Shown in pieces: positions 58,524-64,000 of a stretch of DNA of 64,000 nucleotides. Position 1 is the stretch's first letter. Every line of letters starts with the position of its first letter. Below the pieces are notes generated by a model. The model searched no databases. It had not been told where the DNA came from and was given only the letters and a program-made list of their open reading frames with translations. Position numbers and translations under genes: made by a program. The stretch comes from a virus. The DNA lies in the IMG/VR virus record IMGVR_UViG_3300034045_000019; one strand, given 5' to 3'.

Positions 58524-59140
58524 TTTGATCCTATTATGGTGTAATAAATATATGGTAATACATATTTATTTGAAATTGCGTTTATTTTATATTCTTTAAT
58601 ACAGTAAATATAATTTATACCTTTTTCTTTGCCCCATTTTAATATTTGCATTAATGTTGTTTTATCATTATAAAATTTTTTATTACTAGTATATGCTATT
58701 TTTTCATTCTGCTTAGTATTAACACCAAAAACAGTTTCACTAGTGTATTCACGTTGAACCGTTTTTGGTATTATTTTTATATCTTTATTTGTAAACACCG
58801 TATAATCTTTATCATAACCAATTGGCGTATTTAATGCAACCCATCGTTTAATACTGTCATTATGATCACCAAATTCTTCGCATTTAACAATTTTGCGCAC
58901 ATCTGTTTCAATTATAGAATTATATTTACCTACAATAGTATAATCACTAAATAATTTAGAATCTATAGTATTTATAACGGAGCTACTATTAAATCCAGCT
59001 GGTATATTCAATTCAGTTGTATCTGGAAATATATTAGCTATCCAGGTTCTATTATCTGCGTCAACTTCAATAATTTGTTTATCATACAATAATGAATCAA
59101 TTGATTCAACAGCTAAATCAAATGGGTGTATTATTTTCAT
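58520..59140 (-). CDS. Hypothetical protein
   Basis: 206-aa ORF in the operon. Confidence 0.7.
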   Translation of the reverse strand: MKIIHPFDLAVESIDSLLYDKQIIEVDADNRTWIANIFPDTTELNIPAGFNSSSVINTIDSKLFSDYTIVGKYNSIIETDVRKIVKCEEFGDHNDSIKRWVALNTPIGYDKDYTVFTNKDIKIIPKTVQREYTSETVFGVNTKQNEKIAYTSNKKFYNDKTTLMQILKWGKEKGINYIYCIKEYKINAISNKYVLPYIYYTIIGSK

Positions 59141-59409
59141 GACTTTATTAACTTTGTTTCTTTTGTTTCTGTGTTTTGTTGTAATAACTCAATTTCAATT
59201 ATAGACTCTGCTAATTGTTTTTTTGAAATAATTATAATTTTCTTTGCAGATGTAGGAAATTTTAATAATAATAATGAATCAGTACCATTTTTTGAAATGT
59301 TTTCAATCAACTGAACATTATCTTCTTCTTCTAAATCTAATTTTATTGATTTATACTTTTTATCTTTATACGTAACATATAATATTGCGTGTGTTATATT
59401 TTTTAACAT
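59137..59409 (-). CDS. Hypothetical protein
   Basis: 90-aa ORF. Confidence 0.7.
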   Translation of the reverse strand: MLKNITHAILYVTYKDKKYKSIKLDLEEEDNVQLIENISKNGTDSLLLLKFPTSAKKIIIISKKQLAESIIEIELLQQNTETKETKLIKS

Positions 59410-59442
59410 AATTGTTTGTTTTTATTTATATACTTTAATTTA

Positions 59443-60081
59443 TCAATTGTTTAATTTTAATTTAAACAAATGCGAAATTAAATGCGTGTCAATATTAGTG
59501 GCGTATATAACAAGTTCATTTGTTATAATATTATTATTAATATTAACATCTATTAATTTTATTTCATCATTTTCATTATATTCCGGGTATGACGTACTTT
59601 TATTTACTATGTCATGTATTTTAATACTATCATTACCGTTCAATATCGCAAAAGTATTTATATCATTAGCCATTCGTACATTTTGTATTGTTTTTGTAAT
59701 ACATAATGTGTTATTTTTATAAATACTATTAACATATTTTATATATTTATCATTTATTACGCTATCTAATAAATTAGATAGTATATTACTTTTTTCGTCA
59801 ATGTTTAAATTTATTGGTAATGTATAATTATACGTCATAATATCTGTGTTTTTATAAATTATTATACCATATAAACCGTCATTATAATGGATTAATGTAT
59901 TATTCATATTTTTTAAAACGTTAAATAATGTATTTTTTATTGTCTCTGTATTTTTAATATTATATTTTAATTTAGCATATTCATATGACATTGATATATG
60001 ACATTTTATTTTATTAATATTAAACACTGAATTTGCATTTATTTCTATTATTGTTAACATATTTTCAAACTTTTTGTCCAT
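59443..60081 (-). CDS. Hypothetical protein
   Basis: 212-aa ORF. Confidence 0.65.
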   Translation of the reverse strand: MDKKFENMLTIIEINANSVFNINKIKCHISMSYEYAKLKYNIKNTETIKNTLFNVLKNMNNTLIHYNDGLYGIIIYKNTDIMTYNYTLPINLNIDEKSNILSNLLDSVINDKYIKYVNSIYKNNTLCITKTIQNVRMANDINTFAILNGNDSIKIHDIVNKSTSYPEYNENDEIKLIDVNINNNIITNELVIYATNIDTHLISHLFKLKLNN

Positions 60082-60102
60082 AATCTATTATAATTAATAT
60101 TC

Positions 60103-60129
60103 ATTATATAAAAAAACATATATAAGTTT
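60103..60129 (-). promoter_or_regulatory. Putative phage middle promoter AAAC-N17-TATAAT
   Basis: Upstream of ATG 60081; overlaps a divergent AAAC-N18-TAAAAT (60114-60141) before the topoisomerase. Confidence 0.45.
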
Positions 60130-60146
60130 AGAAAATAAAATTTGAT

Positions 60147-63100
60147 ATGAGTAAAAAATCAGTTGAACAAATATACATAAAATTAACACCAGAAGAGCAT
60201 ATTTTACAAAGACCAGACACATATGTTGGCGCAACAGTGTTACAAGAAAAATCAATGTGGTGCACAACATCTATAGATCCTACTAACATAAAAATAACAA
60301 AACAAAATATAACATACACACCAGCGTTGTTAAAATTATTTGATGAAATTTTAACAAACGCGTCTGATCATGTACAACGAGACCAAGGGGTAAAAACAAT
60401 AAAAGTTAATATAGACGATGATTGGAATATAAATGTGTGGAACGACGGTACTGGTATACCAGTTGTAAAACACAAAGAACACAATTTATACGTACCGGAA
60501 CTTATATTTGGGCATTTACATACCGGGTCGAATTATGACGACACAGAAGAAAGATATGGTGCTGGTAGAAACGGACTAGGTTCTAAATTAGTAAGTTTAT
60601 TTTCTGATAAATTTATAATAGAAACCGCGGATAAGAAGAAAATATATTACCAAGAATTAACAAACAATAATAAAGATAAAAGTAAACCAATAGTTAAACG
60701 TTCAACGAAATCTTTTACATCAATAACATATAAAGCAGATTTTACAAGATTGCCATTAGGTGATAAAACAAATAGTGACAATCTAAAACGTTTGTGTTTA
60801 AAACGAACAATTGATATAGCTGCGTTTAATCCAAACGTGAAAGTATATTTTAATGACACATTAATAAATATTAAAAAAATTGATGATTGGTGTAAACTAC
60901 ATTTACATACTGGTAGTGAGTTATTTACTGAGAAAATCAACGACAATTGGACAGTCGGATTAGCACAAACGACTACTGACAAATTTGAACATTGCTCAAT
61001 TGTCAATGGTAACACAACTTGGCAGGGCGGTACACATGTTGATTATATTATAAAACAAGTATATTCAAACTTAATAACATTATTAACTAAAGGCAAAAAT
61101 GGATTAAAAATTAAACCTAATGATATTAAATCTAAATTCCATCTATTTTTAATATGTAAAATAGCAAACCCAGTTTTTGACACACAGACTAAAGAAAATT
61201 TAACACTAAAAATAAATGACACTGCGTTATTATCTGATGCTATATTTAAAAAATTAATTAAATCAGATATTATACAATCTATTCTCGATTGGATTGAGCT
61301 AAAAGAACAAGCGGCATTACGTAAAGTAAATAGTAAATCTGCTGGTAAAATATTAAGAGTAAATAAATTAATTGACGCTCATAAAGCAGGAACAACAAGT
61401 GGATATAAAGCATCTTTATGTATAGCAGAAGGTGATTCGGCTAAAGGAACTATTGTGTCAGGGTTATCTGTTGTAGGACGTGATTATTGGGGTGTTTTCC
61501 CTATTAAAGGTAGACCATTAAATGTAAGAAATGTACCGGTGTCAAAAATTATAAATAATGAAGAAATAAGTAACATTATTAAAATTATTGGGCTAGTTCC
61601 TGGTAAAAAATATACATCGCTTAAAGAATTAAGGTATGGTAAAATTGTATTTTTTACAGATGCTGACACATTTGGTACAAGTATCAAAGGATTATTGATC
61701 AATTTTATTCATAAATTATGGCCAGAACTGTTAGAATTGGGTTTTTGCTATGAATTTATAACACCTATAGTAAAAGCAAAAAAAGGTAAACGTGTAATAG
61801 ATTATTATGATTTAGATAAATATAACCAAGATAATCTATCAGGCAAATTACAAGGATTCAAAACTAAATATTACAAAGGTTTAGGTACAATTAGCTCTAC
61901 TGAAATAAAAGAAATGTTTAAAAATATAGATAAACATTTAATTAAGTTTAATTACGTACAAGATCGAGATAGTGATACTATTGATATGTTATTTAACACT
62001 AAACGCGCAAGTGAACGAAAAGATTGGTTAAACATTAATCAAAATTTTGAGCATATACCAGATAAAACTAACGGCTTAAACGAAGTATCAGATTTTATTG
62101 ATACTGAATTTATACAATTTAGTCATTATGATAATGAAATATCTATCCCAGAATTAATTGACGGCTTTAAACCATCTCAACGAAAAATAATGTATGGTGC
62201 GTTTAAACGTGGTCTTAAAACTAATGTTGATGGCGAAATAAAAGTAGCGCAATTTGGTTCGTACGTTGCAGAGCAAACACACTTTGCGCACGGCGAAGCT
62301 AATATGTATGGCACAATTGTAGGCATGGCGCAAGATTTTGTTGGTGCTAATAATATACCATTATTAATGCCGTCTGGTAATTTCGGGTCTCGTGCTAACC
62401 CAGCAGCATCAGCTTCACCTAGATATATTTTTACATATATGAATAACGTGACTCCATATATTTTTAGAAAAGAAGATGAAAGTATATTAGTTGACAAATT
62501 TGAAGATGACCATAAAATTGAACCGGAGTATTATTTACCTATTATACCAACAGTGTTAGTAAACGGCGCAAACGGTATTGGTACTGGGTGGAGTACAGAT
62601 ATACCTAAATATAATGCAAAATCATTAATAAAAATCATTAGAAAAAAACTAGCTAACCCGGATATTAAGTATAAAATATCACCGGCGTATAACGGATGGA
62701 ATGGGGACATAGTGTGGGATAAAGAAGCAAATAGATTTATTACTAAAGGCGTTTATACTTTATCTAAAGATAAAAAACAAATATTAATCACCGAATTGCC
62801 AATAAATATGGCTACCGAAAAATATATCACGCTAATAGATAAATTAATTGACACAAAAGTACTTAAAAAAATTGTTGATAATAGTACTGACACTGATATA
62901 AATATTACTGTTACTGTCGGCGAAAAAATAAATTACTCAGATTTGTATAAACAACTAAAATTAACTACAACACTATCGTTAAATAATTTGCACACATTTG
63001 TCAATGGTAAAATAAAACAATGGGATAATATTGAACATTTATTAGACACATGGTTTGATATTAGATTAGAAAAATATAAAGAACGTAAAATAGAACATAT

Positions 63101-63416
63101 TAAAGTTGAAAATATTAGATATAATAAATATTTCAATATAGTATGTTTTTTAAATGCAGTTATGCAAAATAAAGTCATAATTAATAAACGCTCTAAATCA
63201 GATATAATTAAAGATTTAGAACATTACGAATTTGATAAAATTGATGACAGCTACAATTATCTATTAAATATACCAATTTATCATTTTAGTAAAGAAAAAT
63301 ATAATGAATATAAAGCATTAGCTAAAGAAATAAAAACTAATTTAGAAGAGTACAAAAAATTATCAGCGAATGAATTGTGGGACCGTGAATTAGTAGAGTT
63401 GTACAACTTGTTATAA
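60147..63416 (+). CDS. top2: Single-chain type IIA DNA topoisomerase (ATPase-TOPRIM-WHD fused)
   Basis: EHILQRPDTYVG, EILTNASD, GRNGLGSK, IAEGDSA, PIKGRPLNV, YKGLG, DGFKPSQRK, ASPRY catalytic Tyr. Confidence 0.96.
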   Translation: MSKKSVEQIYIKLTPEEHILQRPDTYVGATVLQEKSMWCTTSIDPTNIKITKQNITYTPALLKLFDEILTNASDHVQRDQGVKTIKVNIDDDWNINVWNDGTGIPVVKHKEHNLYVPELIFGHLHTGSNYDDTEERYGAGRNGLGSKLVSLFSDKFIIETADKKKIYYQELTNNNKDKSKPIVKRSTKSFTSITYKADFTRLPLGDKTNSDNLKRLCLKRTIDIAAFNPNVKVYFNDTLINIKKIDDWCKLHLHTGSELFTEKINDNWTVGLAQTTTDKFEHCSIVNGNTTWQGGTHVDYIIKQVYSNLITLLTKGKNGLKIKPNDIKSKFHLFLICKIANPVFDTQTKENLTLKINDTALLSDAIFKKLIKSDIIQSILDWIELKEQAALRKVNSKSAGKILRVNKLIDAHKAGTTSGYKASLCIAEGDSAKGTIVSGLSVVGRDYWGVFPIKGRPLNVRNVPVSKIINNEEISNIIKIIGLVPGKKYTSLKELRYGKIVFFTDADTFGTSIKGLLINFIHKLWPELLELGFCYEFITPIVKAKKGKRVIDYYDLDKYNQDNLSGKLQGFKTKYYKGLGTISSTEIKEMFKNIDKHLIKFNYVQDRDSDTIDMLFNTKRASERKDWLNINQNFEHIPDKTNGLNEVSDFIDTEFIQFSHYDNEISIPELIDGFKPSQRKIMYGAFKRGLKTNVDGEIKVAQFGSYVAEQTHFAHGEANMYGTIVGMAQDFVGANNIPLLMPSGNFGSRANPAASASPRYIFTYMNNVTPYIFRKEDESILVDKFEDDHKIEPEYYLPIIPTVLVNGANGIGTGWSTDIPKYNAKSLIKIIRKKLANPDIKYKISPAYNGWNGDIVWDKEANRFITKGVYTLSKDKKQILITELPINMATEKYITLIDKLIDTKVLKKIVDNSTDTDINITVTVGEKINYSDLYKQLKLTTTLSLNNLHTFVNGKIKQWDNIEHLLDTWFDIRLEKYKERKIEHIKVENIRYNKYFNIVCFLNAVMQNKVIINKRSKSDIIKDLEHYEFDKIDDSYNYLLNIPIYHFSKEKYNEYKALAKEIKTNLEEYKKLSANELWDRELVELYNLL

Positions 63417-63462
63417 TAATATATGTGTGTATTTAATATATAAAATAAACACATATATTATT

Positions 63463-64000
63463 ATGATAACTGATTTAAAAAAATGGGCGCTTATATTAGA
63501 GACAACAAGCAATAGCGATTATTCATTAGTTTGGGATAAAGCCGAAAAATTTATGCCGGACGACCCAGATGTAATAGAAGATTTATATAACAGCTCAAGC
63601 GTTGATGATGTGCTTGATATATTGACAAATTACGCTGATGATGACGTGTTATATGGGTATGGTCAAGACTTTGTCGGTGATGATTTTAACATATATGATT
63701 TAGCTACATACTTATATGATAATATAGTATCTGTATATCAATCAGACATAAATGAAAGTAGAAAACTAACAAGTGAAGAGCGCGAAGTTTTTTTATATTT
63801 AAACGAGTTAAGAGACAGCGGGGTCACTAATATGTACGGTGCAGTGCCTTATATTATGGCAGTATTTCCACACATCGAAAAAGCAGAGGCAGTTAAATTA
63901 TTAACTCTATGGATGAAAAATTTTAATCCTGACGGGGATTATGATGTGATTAATGAAAATAGTGCGTTAGCGGTATTAAACCAGAATGTAACTGAAGCAA
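63463..64000 (+). CDS. Hypothetical multi-module protein, 3'-truncated by the window edge
   Basis: MITDLKKWALILE N-terminus; LNELRDSGVTNMYGAVPY module; open to the window end; AATATATAA at 63435-63443. Confidence 0.8.
   Translation, partial: MITDLKKWALILETTSNSDYSLVWDKAEKFMPDDPDVIEDLYNSSSVDDVLDILTNYADDDVLYGYGQDFVGDDFNIYDLATYLYDNIVSVYQSDINESRKLTSEEREVFLYLNELRDSGVTNMYGAVPYIMAVFPHIEKAEAVKLLTLWMKNFNPDGDYDVINENSALAVLNQNVTEA

Noticed and set aside
908-63178. Many short antisense/overlapping ORFs in the track (e.g. 908-1171, 1748-2188, 9323-9694, 23071-23577, 35120-35659, 49263-49985)
   Set aside because: They are shadow frames opposite well-supported genes, with Phe/Leu/Ile/Ser-rich composition typical of antisense translation
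1-64000. Genome-wide stop-codon reassignment as the explanation for the broken uvsW
   Set aside because: All other conserved genes are intact in code 11, no suppressor tRNA is seen, and the uvsW breaks change frame, so read-through alone would not fix them
1-64000. CRISPR array
   Set aside because: No regularly spaced 25-45-bp direct repeats with unique spacers were seen; the only tandem repeat is the coding 138-bp unit

Overview
This is a 64-kb segment of a very AT-rich jumbo/T4-like myovirus genome read in the standard genetic code. The host is most likely a Bacteroidota (Flavobacterium-like) bacterium, judged from TAnnTTTG promoters and Bacteroidota-type sigma factors. The window holds four tRNAs (one an atypical 8/4 tRNA-Ser) and four sigma-70-family factors. 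Virion genes include a gp6-like wedge, a gp14-like neck protein, large structural proteins, a repeat/DUF1566 adhesin and putative internal head proteins. Replication, recombination and nucleotide genes include UvsY/UvsW/UvsX, a gp41/DnaB helicase, a DinG helicase, gp46, a single-chain type II topoisomerase, NrdA/NrdB and a guanylate kinase. Accessory genes include Dam, a PRS-like + phosphoesterase + NAMPT-like NAD module (NARP1-like), telA-xpaC-terD, patatin and Hsp20. The most striking unexplained feature is uvsW, which is broken into three consecutive reading frames. Both breaks share one architecture: hairpin, 1-2 nt, YAT codon, TRA stop, C, with the frame continuing at +1. This suggests two programmed recoding (stop-hop or +1 frameshift) sites. 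Other leads are a recurring AAAC-N17/18-TATAA motif in front of DNA-metabolism genes, palindromic TATATA late promoters, a shared N-terminal capsid-targeting-like peptide, and a ~190-nt structured intergenic RNA candidate. All family assignments come from reading motifs by eye; no database search was run.
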